Assembly: GCA_963719495.1 (NCBI GenBank)
Contig: CAVRCI010000001.1
Location: 32,001 to 96,000 of the forward strand
Reading direction: 5' to 3'
From: an uncultured Verrucomicrobiae bacterium
GTDB lineage: Bacteria > Verrucomicrobiota > Verrucomicrobiia > Chthoniobacterales > JAATET01
DNA: 64,000 nt
Part shown: piece by piece, positions 40,469 through 53,589 of the stretch
How positions within the stretch are numbered: the stretch's first letter is position 1
Layout of the letters: each line of letters begins with the position of its first letter
The notes under the pieces: generated by a model
The model's input: the letters and a program-made list of their open reading frames with translations, nothing else
The model's database searches: none
Told to the model about the DNA's origin: nothing
Translations under genes and position numbers: made by a program

Positions 40469-43400
40469 TCACCCCTCCTTCACCCAGCTCAGCAACGGCC
40501 TCAATCGCGAACCACAAGTTTCGCCCCGCACGAACCTCTCGAAGAAAACCATACCCCGCGCGTCCCCCCGGATCGCATCGGCGACCGCCACCCGTTTCGA
40601 GTCATCCAACAGCTCGAGGTAACAACCCGCCAAAGCAATGGCCGCGTCGAGGTGAAGATCCCGCTTCGACTCGTCGGCCAGCGTCCCAGCCAACAGCCGG
40701 ATCGCTGTCGAATAGTCCCCCACCTCCTGCGCCGCGCCTCCGCGCAGCAACCGGACATCCGCCGCGTAGCGCCCTTCCGGAAAATGGGCCTCGTATTCGT
40801 CCAGCGCGCCGAAGACCCGCTCCGCGTCGAACGTCTTCGCCCGCTTCGCCCCGATCTCCTTGTAGCCACTCCAGATCGGAGCCTCCGGCCAATCGATCCG
40901 TTCCACCCCGACCTGCGTCCGATATTCCCGGCAGATCAACCGCGTCAGACGGAACTGCGCCGCATCAGCCTTCGGACTGTCCGGAAATTTCGCCAGATAT
41001 TCCCGCCACCCCTCGACCGTGTCGTTGCGGGCCGTCTCACCTTCGCTGGTCGCGTCCGGCTTTTTTTCCAACCGCGCGAGGTAATCCACGAAGTCCGCGA
41101 CCACCGCGAGTTGCGGATCATCCCCGGGGATCCCCCGCCCGCTGATCCGCAACCCGACATACTTCCGCCGAAGCGCCAGAGTCGTCGGGCGCTCCAGAAA
41201 CAGATCGAGATCATCCAGCACGTTGATCACCGCCGCCTGCTCCGGTGTGTTGAAAACGGGAACAAACCGCTCACGGAGAGCCGCCACTCGAACCGCAAGT
41301 TGCTCCGCCGAATCCGACTCGGAAGCCTGGATCAGCCCAGACAGCTCTTCCATCCAATCCCGACCCTCCCCCTGCCGCCTCCAGGGTACTTCGTCCCGCA
41401 TCGCCGCCCGCATTTCCTCCTCCGCCCGCCAGGGAGCTTCATCCCCCGGCATCCACTCGCCTCGCTCGATCAACGCTGGAAAGTTGTAAAACACCGCCCG
41501 TCGAGCTTCCAAAGTCCCGAAGCAATCTCGTTTCAGCCGAGCGAAGATCAATCGAGACCGAACCGAATCGTCCCGTTCGAAAGCCCGCGCCGCCTGATAC
41601 GGCGTCAGCTCCGCCATCCGAAAGGCGCACCAATTCTCCCCCGCCAGAGCCCGGGCCAGCGTCGCCGGATCGCCCGCCAGTTCCGCCGCCAACGCGAAGG
41701 CCCGCCGCGCGTGCCAAGCCTCGTCCCGCCGATCCAATTCGCCCGTCGCCTGCTCCCGGCCCACGCCCACGAACTTCGCGTTCTTCCGCCGCTGCAAATC
41801 CGCCAGTTCCGGCTCGCTGTTGTAGATCCACCTTGGATCGAGCGACGGCATCGTCACCTTCCCCCGCACCGCCATCCAACGATCCGCGATCCGCAACGCC
41901 AACCCCGCGCGCTCCTCCCGCGTCGCTGCGGATTCCATTTCGCGGTCCAAGGCAATCAGCGGCTCGATCAGTTCCTGCCACCGTGCGCGATCCATCGCCT
42001 GCCACGACCGAAGATCGAATCGCTCGTCGTCGACCGATTCCCCCGCGTCCACCTCGAGCCACCGTTCCGCCGTCGCGTAGTCACGACCGCCAACGCCCGG
42101 CACCGGACCATCGAGCGCATCCGCTCCGCGAGTTCATCCGACAGAGCCCCACCCTCCAAAGCCACCTCCAGCTCCTCGAGCGGCGCAAATTGCAGCAGCG
42201 AATCCACCCATTGCTCCAACTCCCCGCGCATCCGCAAAACCGGAAATGCCCGCTCTTCCCGCTTCTCCGACAGCAGGCGATCCAAACTTCCCGCCGCCTC
42301 GCCCGCGTCCCCCAGCTCCCGTAGGCACGTCCCCATCCGGTAAAGCAAGTCCACCCCCAACGCACCGTCCAACCCCCGCCCGGCCAATTCCCCGTAGACC
42401 AGCAACGCCGCCGCATACTGCTCATTCCGCTCCAGAGCCACCCCGCGACACGCCAGCAGATCGTCATCGACGTCGACCGCTCGGCTCGCGTCGTCCGTGA
42501 GGGCGATGGCCTGCTCGTATTCGCCGTTCTCGATTGCGACCCACGCGAGAGTCGCCAAATAAAACGCCCGCTTCCCGCCCCCATCATCCGGCCTGGTCGT
42601 CGCAACAGCCGCGCCCAATCGCAGCAGAGTCCGCCCAGCATCCCGGCGCGGCCGAACGATCCGCCGCTCGATCCGCCGGATCTCCTCTCTGCCACCCGAC
42701 CCATCGTCCGCGTAATCCAGTGCAAAGGCATCGCGGGCAGCCGCGTCGAGGCACCGGTAAACGAACATCATCGCCGCCGCCGGATGCGCCGCTAATTTTT
42801 CCACCGGCAGCCCGTCCAGAACGCCCTCGTCCTTCAACATCTCGCCAAAGACCCGGTCACACTCCCGCAACGCCGTGCGGATCACCTCCCGCGTCGGCGT
42901 CCCCTCCAGCATGCTCAGATACGACTTCAGCGCTTGCGGCCAATCGACCCGATCGGACGCCACCGCCCCCTTCCATCCGATCGCGTCCGAAACGAACCTC
43001 CCGTCCGGATACCGCGACAAATAATCCTCGAGCGTCACCTCGGCCTTTCGTCGGACTTCCGCCGCGTCCAATCCGTCCCGCTCCAGATCACGCGCCATTT
43101 CGATCTCGCACCGTGCCCGCATCAGCAACGCCACCTCGGCCCGCGCCGTCGTCGGATACCGCCGCGCGACTTGATCAAAATCCTCCGCCGCCTCCCGGAA
43201 CATCCCCCGCTTGAAATTCACCGCCCCCCGTTGCACCGACCAATGCACCCGCATCGGCTCCGACGCAACTCCCCACTCCTCGTCGACCCGCGCCAGCTCC
43301 GCGGAATACTCCGCCCACCACTTCGACTTCGCCGCCGCCCTTTTCTCGTCCGAGACGTAGCCTCCCCTCCACTTGTCGGGACTCCGCCAGACAAACCCAT

Positions 43401-43825
43401 CGTCCTTCTCCAATCGCCCCACCCGCCAAGCCAGCAGCCGCCGCACCTCGTCCACCGGCGCCCCCTCGTCCAGCAATTCCCGCCATTCGATCAGCAGATT
43501 CGCATACCGCACCCGGTAATCCCCGGCCCGATTCTCAGCCAACAACGCGTCGACCTCCGGCCCCGGATCGGACCCATCCCCAACGCGCGATCAACTCCAA
43601 GCACCTCCGCTCAACCTCCTCCGTAACCAGCGCGTCGACGGGCGGCGGATACGCCTCCGGAAAAATCTGTCGCCACGTCTTCACCCCGAACCGCTCGGGG
43701 TAGGCGTCCAGGGTCGGCGGAGCTTGATCGAAATACCCGCCGCAACCCGCCGCCGGTTCCGTCCCGGCAAAGAGCGCGATCAGAGCCGATCCAACGAATA
43801 CCAATCGCCGCCGTCCACTCGCCAT
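40469..43825 (-). pseudogene. Large secreted TPR/tol-pal YbgF-like repeat protein interrupted by two frameshifts
   Basis: Three consecutive overlapping ORFs (43535-43825, 41968-43545, 40469-42103) join into one TPR-rich protein (YLSRYPDGRF, YLAKFPDSPKA, YEAHFPEGRY); may be sequencing error. Confidence 0.7.
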
Positions 43826-45198
43826 CGCACGCCAGTCAATCCGGATTCCCGCAACTTCACCACCCCGGAGCGCAGACTTTCGCCCGCCCCCAGCCGCGAG
43901 AACCAAAACGTCAGCCGCTCCGCCTCCCCGACCGGCACCCGACGTTCCGTCGTCAGCTCCGCGTCCACGTGACCCGCCATCCGCACGAACTCCCCCGCCG
44001 ACCCGTCGACGAACCCACCCGTCGCCTCCACCTCCAATTGCCGCCCCCGGTCATCCGGCCCGTTCCTGCCCGCCCACGCTGGAGGCAGACCCGCCGTGCC
44101 CGCGTTCGTCAATTCCAGGCGACCCTTCGCGTCCACCCCCAACCGCGGATCCGCCGCGACCACCTCACCCCGCGCGATCCGCACCAACTCTTCCACACCT
44201 TGCAGCGAATCGGCTTCCGGCAGCCGAAACCAAGTCACCCCCCGCGCACCGGCGTCCTCGACCCTTTCAACCGTCAAGCGCAATTCGTCGATCTCAGGAT
44301 ACCGCATCACCACGACTTGGCCCGCCTTCAACCCAGCGTTACCAAGAGTCGAATCCCGCATCACGTCTGCCACCTCCGTCCCGGCTCCACCACCACCCAG
44401 TGGTCGTAGATCACGATGAAAAACCAACTCGTCCCAATCCCACCACCGCGGATGCCCAACCAACTCCCCAGCTTCTTCGAAAATCGAAATCCGCGCAAAC
44501 GCCGGCAATCCCGCCGACCAAGGCACCGGACAATCCTTCCACCCTTCGATCCACTCGCCCGCGTCGACGATCGGCTCGATTTCCCCCGCCACCACCGCCT
44601 CCGGCGAGTCGGCCCGCAGATCGTAAAACATCGGAAAAAGCTCATCCACCGCCGCCGCCAATTCCCCGAAACCCGCCACCCGCGGCCAACCCGCCAACGC
44701 CGTCGCGCTCACCGAGACCGGCGCAACCGCGTCCTGGATCGTCCGCAGCAGCGCCGCGTAGTTTCTCAACAACCGATCCGGGCAATCGTAATCGATCTGC
44801 ACTCGCTCCGCCCCCGCCCGCCCGCAGTATTCCGCGACGATCGCCGCCAATTCCTCGAACGATTCCACGTCCTCCACCGACCGCCCCTCCGCCGCCATCC
44901 GGATCACCGGCACCACCTCGATCCCGCCCGCCTTCGGCGAGCCGCGCACCAGCGCCCGAAACTCCCACCCCTCCGACTCAAGCCGACAATCCGCCACGTG
45001 CCAGAAGAGCGTCCCGACACCAAGGTCCGTCAGTCGGCCCACCTCCGCCTCCCTCAACCCCTCCGACCGCCCCCAGACCCAGAATCCCGGGTCAGTTGCT
45101 TCCGCCAGCGCCGAAGACGGCATCCCAGCAACCAACCCAAGCGACCCCAACAGCGCGATCCGGAGACGCCGACCGATCGGTCGACCCGCCCCCGTCAC
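43780..45198 (-). CDS. DUF3142 domain protein (GH18-like TIM barrel suspected)
   Basis: FWVW, VQIDYDCPDRLL, SATALAGW, PMFYDL, VTWFRLP. Confidence 0.75.
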   Translation of the reverse strand: MTGAGRPIGRRLRIALLGSLGLVAGMPSSALAEATDPGFWVWGRSEGLREAEVGRLTDLGVGTLFWHVADCRLESEGWEFRALVRGSPKAGGIEVVPVIRMAAEGRSVEDVESFEELAAIVAEYCGRAGAERVQIDYDCPDRLLRNYAALLRTIQDAVAPVSVSATALAGWPRVAGFGELAAAVDELFPMFYDLRADSPEAVVAGEIEPIVDAGEWIEGWKDCPVPWSAGLPAFARISIFEEAGELVGHPRWWDWDELVFHRDLRPLGGGGAGTEVADVMRDSTLGNAGLKAGQVVVMRYPEIDELRLTVERVEDAGARGVTWFRLPEADSLQGVEELVRIARGEVVAADPRLGVDAKGRLELTNAGTAGLPPAWAGRNGPDDRGRQLEVEATGGFVDGSAGEFVRMAGHVDAELTTERRVPVGEAERLTFWFSRLGAGESLRSGVVKLRESGLTGVRWRVDGGDWYSLDRL

Positions 45199-48100
45199 CG
45201 ATCGCCCTCGGCGAAGATCTTGATCCGTCGGAAACGAGATTTCATCCCCGAAGGAGCGACCGCGCGAACTTTCACGACGGTCCGACGCGACTCCAGGTCC
45301 ACCCTGACGACGAACCGACCGCTCCTTCGGATTTTCCCAGTCCGCAGCTTTTCACCGCTGACCTTGTAATCCACCCGCGAACACCGGCGGGCATCCAGCA
45401 AGCGGCCCCGCACCTTGTAAACGGCCCGATCCGTCGTCACCCGAGTCGGACCGGAAATTTCCGGCATCTCGGGACGCAATTCGACGACCGGGCTCGGCAC
45501 CGGCGTTGGTCCGGGAAGAATCTCCGGCATTGGCCCCGGAGTTGGTGTCGGCGCTGGTGTTGGCTCAGGAGTCGGAGTCGGCTCCGGTGTCGGAGTGGCT
45601 GTCGGATCCGGCGTGGGAGTCGGAGTCGGAGTCGGTTCCGGCGTCGGCGTCGGCGTTGGCGTTGGCTCTGGCGTCGGGGTTGGCTCTGGAGTCGGCGGCG
45701 GCGTTGGCGTCGCGTTCGGATCGGGACCGGCGCTCGGGTCATCGACCAACGCGACGGCGTGAGATCGCCCGCCTTCGGCCTCCACCGCGAATCCGAGGCT
45801 CGGCGGCACGGCGGCCTGGCCATCGGAATTTCGACCCCAGGCGGTCAGCCGGCCCGTCAACGAAACCGCCAGTCCAAACCCACTTCCGGACGCAACGCCC
45901 ACGATATCTTCCAGATCTGGTGGGAAAGGCGCATCTGAGCTTCCGGCGTAAAATCCTTGTCCCCACGTCACCACGCGGCCGTTGGCGGTGATGCCGATGC
46001 CCGAATGATCACCCGCGGCCACCCCGACCATGGCCCCCAAGCCGTTCGAAGGAGTCGTGACCCCGTAGTAATCGTAACCCCATCCGACGACCCGACCATC
46101 GCTTCGCAGCGCCAACGCGTAGTTGTCACCCGCGGCAATCGCGACGATACCCGTCGCCGCGGCGGGCATTTTGTCTAGGTCGTAGGACGTCGATCCCCAA
46201 CTCACCACCGTGCCGTCAGCCACCAGAGCGAGGCTAAAGCTCCCGCCCGCCGCGATCGCGACCACGTTCGACAGATCAGTCGGCACGGTCTGCAGCGCCG
46301 TGGACGATCCACCCCACGAAATGACATTCCCATCCGCCAGCAACGCCAGACTGTGCGACCCGCCAGCCGCCACCGCGGTCACGGTCCTCAACCCCGCCGG
46401 CACGTCGGTCTGACCAGAATTGTTGCGACCCCACGCCGCCACCGTGCCGTCCGCCCGCACGGCGAGCGAATGATAGTCCCCGGCGGCAATTGCCTTCGCT
46501 TCGCCCAGATCGAGCGGAACGTTGCACTGCCCGTAAGTGTTCGATCCCCAGGCCGCGACGTAATTTCTCGGCCGACTGGAACCCAGACGAGGATTGGTTC
46601 CCCGATCGATCTCCAATCCATCGCCGGCACCGTCCCCGTCCGTGTCGCGCTTGAGCGGATCGGTGCCAATGAGGATTTCCTCCGCTTCGGTGAGCCCATC
46701 GCCGTCGTCATCGTCGTCCGTTCCATTCACGACTCGGATGGCGAAGATCGCCTCCACGCTCTCGCCGTTCGCGCCGTCCGCCGCCAGGCGCACCGACATT
46801 TCGGGCCGGGTTTCGAAGTCCATCGTCTCTCCCGCAACGAGTTTCCCACCGACGACTTTGAAGCGACCGTTGTCGTTCGACCCCACCCCGGCCGCCAACC
46901 GGAAGGTCACCTCTCCCGTGCTGCCCAGCCTGATCACCGCCAGATCCCCGACGTCGCTACCGGTCGGCTGGCCGTCCGCTACGGTGGTGTTGCTCAGCGT
47001 GACTCCGACCAATTCGGGCGCGCTCGAGAATTTGAAACTCACCACCCGCCGGGCGAGGTCGCTGTCGGTCCGGGCCAGAAGAAGCGCGTTCCTCACTCCG
47101 CCCTCCGTCGGCGTTCCCGTGATGAGACCAGTCTCCGGATTCAAGGAAAGCCCGGTTGGCAACTGACCGGCCTCGAAACGAGCCGCCGGCTCCGAGGCCC
47201 GAATCTGGTAGCGAAACGGCTCACCTACCCGCCCCTCGGCAGTCTGCGTGGACAGGATCCGCAGTTCCGGCTTGAGACTTCGGATGGACAGCCCATACCT
47301 CGAAGCAACCGCCAGTGACCGCACGTCCGTCGTCGCACCCGAGAGAGCTGGCGACGGAGGCGAGCGGTAGAAGGACGAGGGGAATCCGTAGGGATCGGCG
47401 ACCGGGGCCGAGGCCAGGCCGACCACGCCGCGATCCTTCCGCAGAACGATCGCTCCCGACAACCGTCCCGAGATTTCGACCGCTCCACCGCCGTCCACGC
47501 CCGAGGTCGTTGCCACGGGGGAACGATAGCGGTCGGATTGAAACTCCGTCACCCGTCCATCGCGATGGACTCCCCAAGCCGACTGCGCGGAGTCGAAGAA
47601 CGGAGAGTAAAAATATGGGGACCCCTGCCGACCAGCAGCCACCGAGACGTAGCCGGGACCACTCGAGAGTGACCCGTTGGAGCCAACCACGTATCCCGAG
47701 CGGGTCAGGCCGACCGCAAAATCCGTCCCGCTCGGATACCCGCCGTAATAGGGATCATTGGAACCAGCGACATCCAGGCCGATCAAATCTTTCCCCAGCC
47801 CCGCGAGCGATTCCGGGTAGTAGGGATTCAAGCCAACGGAGCGAGCCGTTCCATCCGCCAGCAGCACGGCTCCGGCGGTGCCCGAGGCCCGCACCGCGAC
47901 CGCGTTCGTCGCCACGATCGGGTCTCCGCTCGACGGATAGCCGTTCGACGAAGCCCAGCGCGTGACGGTGCCGTCGGCCCGCAGGGCGAGGCTGAAACCA
48001 TTGCCCGCCGCGATCTCGACGACATCCGCCAATCCACTCGGAACCCCACCCGCCGAGTTCCCCCATTGGATGACCGTCCCGTCCGCGAGCAATCCGAGCG

Positions 48101-51100
48101 AATGAGAATCGCCGACCGCCACCTGAACGAAATCGCCCCGGTCCACCGGCGGCGCGGCCGGAGCGGATCCCCACGCCGAAACGTAGGGACCGATGAAGAT
48201 CCGCACCGTCCGCCTCGACCGACCCTGGGCGTTTCGGGCGACGATCGTGACGAGTCGGTCCCCACCGGTCGGCGAGGTCCCGTGAATCACGCCGCTCGCG
48301 GCGTCGATCGACAAGCCCGTTGGGATGCGGTCCGCCTCGAAGGAAACCGCGTTGCCCGCCGCAATCGCCTGGGTCAGCGATTGACCGGGCTTGCCCGATA
48401 TCAAGCGCGGCGCCGTCAAATCGGGAGCGGGCGCATTCGCCCGCAGGACCACGCTCCAGTCACCGCCCGCCGCAACTCCGTGGGCACCCGACAGGTCGCC
48501 GGGCGGAGTGGCCTGGCCGGACCAATTGGCACCCCACGCGACCACCGAGCCATCCGAGCGCCGCGCCAGGCTGTGGCTCGCGCCCGCCGCCAACTCGACG
48601 ACGTCGCCCAGTCCGTCAGGCGGCGTGGCCTGCCCCGACCCGTCGGATCCGACGGCGGTCACCGTGCCATCAGCGCCCAGCCCCAGCAAGTGCGCCCGAC
48701 CCGCCACGATCGCGACGAAATCCGATCCATCCAGCCCGTCCAGCTGACCTTCCGCGCCATCCCCCCATCCGATCACCGTCCCGTCCGATCTCAGCGCGTA
48801 ACTCGTATTCCCACCCGCCGCGATCGCGATCACACCGCCGAGTGGCTGCGGAATCGTCGACTGACCGCTCCCGTTCGCGCCCCACGCCGCGACCGTCCCG
48901 TCGCGCAGCAGAGCGAGTGAATGGTAGGCCCCGGCTGCGACCGCCACCGCGTCGCGCACGGTCGAAGGCACCGTCGTCTGCCCCTCGCCCGCACGTCCCC
49001 AAGCGGCCACCCGACCATCGGCCTCGAGCGCCAGATTATGAAAATCACCAGCCGCCACCGCAACCACGGCACCAAGCGAAGCCGGGACCGTCACGGCACC
49101 ATCGAAATTCCCACCCCACGCCCGCACCCGACCGTTCGCCCCCAGCGCCAATCCGTGGAACTTGCCCGCGGCCACCGCGATCGTCCCGGCGAGATCCACG
49201 GGAGGCACCCGCTGGCCCGCCACGTTGTCGCCAAACCCAATCACCGCCGGCGAGTTCGCTTCGAAATTCCACTCCGTCAGTTCGCCCGGCACCACCACCG
49301 ATCCCCGCGGTGTCGCCAGCACGACCTGCCCCGACGACACTCCGCCGGGCAGCTCGATCGCGATCCGGTCGTCGGCCAACACCCGGACGTTCGCGGCCAT
49401 CCCGCCGATCGTCGCGCCCGTCACCTGCGTCAGGTAGCGACCCGCGACGATCACGTTTCCGCCCGCCACCACCGCCCGCGGGAAGGCTCCGGCAATTTCC
49501 GCCGGAGGAGCCGCCGCGATTGTGACGTCGACGACCGCCGTCCCCGTGCCACCCCCGTTGGTCGCCAAGAGATTGACCCGCGTCGTGCCCGCAGTCGTTG
49601 GGATTCCACCCAAGCGCCCAGTCTTTAAATCGAAGGTCAGTCCGACCGGCAATGGCCAAGCCTGGTAGAGCGTCGGCGATCCCGACGCGTAAAACGATCG
49701 ACTCACCTCCTGACCGACCACCCCCGTCACCGCGGAGGTCGAACTAAATTCCGGCAGCTTCGGCACCACCTCGAGGACCGCCTCGCTCTCGACCGTGCCC
49801 CCCGGCCCCGTCATCCGCACCTTCCCGCTCACCGTATTACCCGGTAGCTCGACGGACATCGAGGTATCCGACTGCACGGTGAACGTGGCGAGCACCACGC
49901 CAATCCGAACGGACGTCACGTCTTGAAAATTCCGCCCCGTCACGGTGATCGTCGAATCCGCCGAGACCGTTCCGGACGGAATTCCCGTCACGGCCACCGT
50001 CGTCGCCCCGAGCACCCGTAGCACCGAAGCCGTCTCCCGCTGCCCGTAGGCGTTGCCGACCGAGATCGTTCCCGTCTGCGCGCCCGACGGCACCGTGATT
50101 CGCGCCGCCGTCTCACCGATCCGCACGATCGAACTCTCCGGCACACTCAACCCGCCAATCCTTGCGGTCGTGACCGTCGCCAGATTCGACCCCGTCAACG
50201 TGACCACGTCACCCGGCCGAACCGTCCTGGGCGAAAACGACCCCACCGCCGGAGCCGTCGCCGCCGACCCCAAATTCAACGCCGCCAACCGCGCGGGCGC
50301 CCGACCGTTCACCGCATCGAACCGACCTCCGATAAAAATCCGCCCCGGATATTCCACCGACAGCGCCTCCACTTCCCCGTTGAGCCGATTCACCGTGTCG
50401 AAACCGGAGTCCGCCGACCCGTCCGCTCGCAGGATCGCAAAGTAGTTCCGCGAAGGTCCCCCCGCGCCCAGAAATTCACCCCCGATCAGGATCCGCCCAT
50501 CCGGCAGCACCTCGATCGCATTCACGTCGTCGCTCATCTCAGGCCGAAACTCCGCATCCTGGGCACCGTCCGGTCCCAGCCTAAGAAAGTATTTCGACGA
50601 GTTCGAAGAACTCGAGAAACTCCCCCCCACCAGCACCCCACCGCCGGCGTCCACGGCAAGCGCCAGCACGCTCGATCCGTTCGGCTCGGTCGGCGCAAAC
50701 GTGTTGTCCAACGTCCCGTTTGGGTTCAACCGGATGACCGACTTCGTCGAAGTCCCGTTGAACGACGAAAAACTCCCACCGACCAGAATCCGACCGTCCT
50801 CGAGCAATCGGATCACGTTCACCGTCGAGCCCGCCCCGGATCCAATCAGGAAACTCGAATCGATCGACCCGTCGACGTTCAACCGAGTCAGCCGACGCGT
50901 GAACGTCCCACCCGCGATCACCTTGCCGTCGGGCTGCACCGCGATCGCGTTGACCGATCCGTCCACCGTCGCCGAGGCGTCGAACGCCGGATCCACCACC
51001 CCGTCGAACCCAACCCGCGCCAACCCCTTCCGATCCGCCACGGTCGTCCCGCCGATCAGGTATCCGAGATTTCCCTGCCGCACGATCCGACGAAGCGAAG

Positions 51101-52685
51101 AAAACGCGCCCACCGGCGCAAAGGTCCCGTCCACCCGGCCATTTGTGGCGATCCGCACGACTCGATTCGCCGACGTCCCGTTGACCGAGGTAAAGTCGCC
51201 CACCGCCACCAAGCCGCCCACTTCACGGACAAAATCGTAAACGGTCGAACTCGCCCCGACCCCGACATCGAAGGTCGGATCGAGCTCCGTCGCCCGTCCG
51301 GGCAGGGGGTAAAACCAAGCGGTCGACCAGCTCGAGCCACTGGCGGACGACAACGCAATCCGTCCAGGCTCCGCACCCACGGGCACCGTCACCTCCGCGA
51401 CAAGGGGTGTCAGCACCTGGAACGCGGCGGAAGTCCTCCCGGCGATCGAAACGGACGTAACTTGGTCCAAATTCGAGCCCCGAATTTTGAAGATCGATCC
51501 CGCGTTCCCGTAGGCCACGTCCAACGTCCCGACCGCTGGCACCGCCGCCGCGCTCGGCCCCTGCAGCCGCGCAATCCGCCCGACCATGCTCCCGTTCGAA
51601 CTCGTGAACGATCCGCCGATCAGCACGCCACCGCCCGCCAATGGCACCACGGTCTCGACCGACCCCGACGGTCCGCTCGAGGTCACAAATCTAGTGTCCA
51701 GGCGCCCGTCCGCCCGCAGCAGCGCGATTCGGGACGCACTACCACCGCCCGCCGACGAAAAACTCCCGACCACCAGGATCCGCCCGTCGGCTCGAACTTC
51801 GATTCCATTGACGGTCGAGCTGATGTCCGCCGCGAAGCTGGCATCCAGACGTCCATCCCGGTCGATCCTCGCCAACCGCCCCTGGTTCACGCCGTCGAAC
51901 GACGAAAAATTTCCACCGATCAGCAAAAATCCCGCCGTCTCCTTCGCGATCGCATTCACCGGCGAACTCGGTCCCCCCGTCGTCCCGCCGAAGGTCGCAT
52001 CCAGCGTCCCATCCGCGTCCAGTCTCGCGAGGTAGTGTCGCTCCACTCCGCCGACCCGATAGAAGTCTCCGCCGATGACAATCCGCCCCTCCTCGACGAT
52101 CTGGATCGCGTTTACGCTCCCGTCCGATCCACTACCCGCGTCGAAGGATGGATCGACGGCCCCGTCGGCCAACAGCCGCTTGATCCGCCCCGTGAAATTC
52201 CCTCCAACGAGAATGCGCCCGTCAGCCTGCACGACAATGTCGCGGACCGATCCGTCGATCCCACCACCCGCGCCGAACGTCGCGTCCAACGACCCATCCG
52301 CGTTCAGCCGCGCAATCCCGCTCCGCAGATCGGCACCCGACCCGAAGGAAGAGCCGCCCACCAGAAATTTCCCGTCGCCCAACCCCACTACGCAGTCCGG
52401 CGACGACGTCACGCTGGGCGGCACCCAGCCCGCGTCCAGCCCGCCATTCGGCCCCAACTTGGCCAGACCCCGCCGGACCACGCCGTTCACCGAATAAAAC
52501 GACCCGGCCATCACGACCGATCCGTCCGCCAACTCGACCGCGTCCTTGACCGTCCCGTCCGCGCCGGTCCCCGCCGAAAACGTCGCATCCAACCCACCCG
52601 GCGCCGCCCGCCCCACCGTCGCGATCCCGAGAGCGAAACAAAGCAGCAGCCGCCAAATCAGGTTATTTCTCGGAGTTGAAATCAC
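45195..52685 (-). CDS. Giant (~2496 aa) secreted surface protein: delta-60 beta-propellers, IPT/TIG, He_PIG Ig, RCC1 propellers, cadherin-like, TSP3-like Ca-binding, Pro-Thr linker, basic C-terminal domain
   Basis: DG(R/K)ILVGG.F / RLN.DG.LD.TF repeats; AAG..HSLAL..DG.V.AWG repeats; [14 protein letters not shown]; signal peptide after GTG 52685. Confidence 0.85.
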   Translation of the reverse strand: MISTPRNNLIWRLLLCFALGIATVGRAAPGGLDATFSAGTGADGTVKDAVELADGSVVMAGSFYSVNGVVRRGLAKLGPNGGLDAGWVPPSVTSSPDCVVGLGDGKFLVGGSSFGSGADLRSGIARLNADGSLDATFGAGGGIDGSVRDIVVQADGRILVGGNFTGRIKRLLADGAVDPSFDAGSGSDGSVNAIQIVEEGRIVIGGDFYRVGGVERHYLARLDADGTLDATFGGTTGGPSSPVNAIAKETAGFLLIGGNFSSFDGVNQGRLARIDRDGRLDASFAADISSTVNGIEVRADGRILVVGSFSSAGGGSASRIALLRADGRLDTRFVTSSGPSGSVETVVPLAGGGVLIGGSFTSSNGSMVGRIARLQGPSAAAVPAVGTLDVAYGNAGSIFKIRGSNLDQVTSVSIAGRTSAAFQVLTPLVAEVTVPVGAEPGRIALSSASGSSWSTAWFYPLPGRATELDPTFDVGVGASSTVYDFVREVGGLVAVGDFTSVNGTSANRVVRIATNGRVDGTFAPVGAFSSLRRIVRQGNLGYLIGGTTVADRKGLARVGFDGVVDPAFDASATVDGSVNAIAVQPDGKVIAGGTFTRRLTRLNVDGSIDSSFLIGSGAGSTVNVIRLLEDGRILVGGSFSSFNGTSTKSVIRLNPNGTLDNTFAPTEPNGSSVLALAVDAGGGVLVGGSFSSSSNSSKYFLRLGPDGAQDAEFRPEMSDDVNAIEVLPDGRILIGGEFLGAGGPSRNYFAILRADGSADSGFDTVNRLNGEVEALSVEYPGRIFIGGRFDAVNGRAPARLAALNLGSAATAPAVGSFSPRTVRPGDVVTLTGSNLATVTTARIGGLSVPESSIVRIGETAARITVPSGAQTGTISVGNAYGQRETASVLRVLGATTVAVTGIPSGTVSADSTITVTGRNFQDVTSVRIGVVLATFTVQSDTSMSVELPGNTVSGKVRMTGPGGTVESEAVLEVVPKLPEFSSTSAVTGVVGQEVSRSFYASGSPTLYQAWPLPVGLTFDLKTGRLGGIPTTAGTTRVNLLATNGGGTGTAVVDVTIAAAPPAEIAGAFPRAVVAGGNVIVAGRYLTQVTGATIGGMAANVRVLADDRIAIELPGGVSSGQVVLATPRGSVVVPGELTEWNFEANSPAVIGFGDNVAGQRVPPVDLAGTIAVAAGKFHGLALGANGRVRAWGGNFDGAVTVPASLGAVVAVAAGDFHNLALEADGRVAAWGRAGEGQTTVPSTVRDAVAVAAGAYHSLALLRDGTVAAWGANGSGQSTIPQPLGGVIAIAAGGNTSYALRSDGTVIGWGDGAEGQLDGLDGSDFVAIVAGRAHLLGLGADGTVTAVGSDGSGQATPPDGLGDVVELAAGASHSLARRSDGSVVAWGANWSGQATPPGDLSGAHGVAAGGDWSVVLRANAPAPDLTAPRLISGKPGQSLTQAIAAGNAVSFEADRIPTGLSIDAASGVIHGTSPTGGDRLVTIVARNAQGRSRRTVRIFIGPYVSAWGSAPAAPPVDRGDFVQVAVGDSHSLGLLADGTVIQWGNSAGGVPSGLADVVEIAAGNGFSLALRADGTVTRWASSNGYPSSGDPIVATNAVAVRASGTAGAVLLADGTARSVGLNPYYPESLAGLGKDLIGLDVAGSNDPYYGGYPSGTDFAVGLTRSGYVVGSNGSLSSGPGYVSVAAGRQGSPYFYSPFFDSAQSAWGVHRDGRVTEFQSDRYRSPVATTSGVDGGGAVEISGRLSGAIVLRKDRGVVGLASAPVADPYGFPSSFYRSPPSPALSGATTDVRSLAVASRYGLSIRSLKPELRILSTQTAEGRVGEPFRYQIRASEPAARFEAGQLPTGLSLNPETGLITGTPTEGGVRNALLLARTDSDLARRVVSFKFSSAPELVGVTLSNTTVADGQPTGSDVGDLAVIRLGSTGEVTFRLAAGVGSNDNGRFKVVGGKLVAGETMDFETRPEMSVRLAADGANGESVEAIFAIRVVNGTDDDDDGDGLTEAEEILIGTDPLKRDTDGDGAGDGLEIDRGTNPRLGSSRPRNYVAAWGSNTYGQCNVPLDLGEAKAIAAGDYHSLAVRADGTVAAWGRNNSGQTDVPAGLRTVTAVAAGGSHSLALLADGNVISWGGSSTALQTVPTDLSNVVAIAAGGSFSLALVADGTVVSWGSTSYDLDKMPAAATGIVAIAAGDNYALALRSDGRVVGWGYDYYGVTTPSNGLGAMVGVAAGDHSGIGITANGRVVTWGQGFYAGSSDAPFPPDLEDIVGVASGSGFGLAVSLTGRLTAWGRNSDGQAAVPPSLGFAVEAEGGRSHAVALVDDPSAGPDPNATPTPPPTPEPTPTPEPTPTPTPTPEPTPTPTPTPDPTATPTPEPTPTPEPTPAPTPTPGPMPEILPGPTPVPSPVVELRPEMPEISGPTRVTTDRAVYKVRGRLLDARRCSRVDYKVSGEKLRTGKIRRSGRFVVRVDLESRRTVVKVRAVAPSGMKSRFRRIKIFAEGDR

Positions 52686-52880
52686 GGGGCGGGCGGGCGG
52701 ATTAAGCCGATAAATGCGGAGGACGAAGCGCTGATGGGCCACCCTAGGTCGCAAGCCGATCACGGCAAACTCAAAGCATCCCCCGGCCATAGGGAAATCC
52801 CCGATATTTTCGACGCCAAAGCGACGCCAAAGATTCGGTTGCCCGTCCCCCGCCGCCCGACCTACCGTTCCCCCTCCCAA

Positions 52881-53585
52881 ATGAACCGCCTGCTCCGCCT
52901 CGCCCCCCTCCTCTGCCTCGCGTTCGTCTCCCCGCTCGCCGGTCAGCCGGAACCCACCCCGCGACCCAACCCCGAACCCGGCCTCTCGCGGAACGACGCC
53001 TTCGTGAAGATCCAATCCAGCGCCGCCGCCGGGACGGCCCTCGAACTCGCCTCGGAGGACCTCGAAGCCAAACGCTACGACGCGGCCCTCGCCCGCCTCG
53101 ACGCCATTCCCGCCGACGTTCGGGACTCGAACCCAGCCCTCCTCAACGCCCGCGGTGCCGCCCTCGTCCAACTCGACCGCATCGAGGAAGCCTCCGCCGC
53201 ATTCGCCCAAGCGCTTGCCATCGATCCGAATTTCTTCCCGGCCCGGTTCAACGTCGGCGAAATCTTCTTTCAAGAAAAACAATACTCCGAGGCTGCGAGC
53301 CACTTTCAGGTCATGATCAGCGAGGTCGGCGTAAATCCACTCCTCAAATTCAAGCTCTACCTCGCCTATCAGCTCGACGGGGAAGGCGGTCGCGCCGACG
53401 CCGCGCTGCGCAACATCCGATTTCCACTCGACGGACCGGCCTGGTATTTCGCCCAAGCCGCGGCCAGCGCGGCCGGCGGGGACGAGGCCCGGGCGAAGAA
53501 GCTCGCCGCCACCAGTCGGAAGATTCACCCCAAACTCTCCTCCACCTACCAGGAGTCCCTCGAAGACGCCGATCTCCTCCCCTGA
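52881..53585 (+). CDS. Secreted tetratricopeptide repeat protein
   Basis: Signal peptide; NARGAAL..AFAQALAIDP..ARFNVGE TPRs; ATG 52881. Confidence 0.82.
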   Translation: MNRLLRLAPLLCLAFVSPLAGQPEPTPRPNPEPGLSRNDAFVKIQSSAAAGTALELASEDLEAKRYDAALARLDAIPADVRDSNPALLNARGAALVQLDRIEEASAAFAQALAIDPNFFPARFNVGEIFFQEKQYSEAASHFQVMISEVGVNPLLKFKLYLAYQLDGEGGRADAALRNIRFPLDGPAWYFAQAAASAAGGDEARAKKLAATSRKIHPKLSSTYQESLEDADLLP

Positions 53586-53589
53586 TCCC

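Noticed and set aside
45500..45720. DNA-level tandem repeat element
   Set aside because: Explained by the Pro-Thr/Glu linker coding sequence with varied synonymous codons
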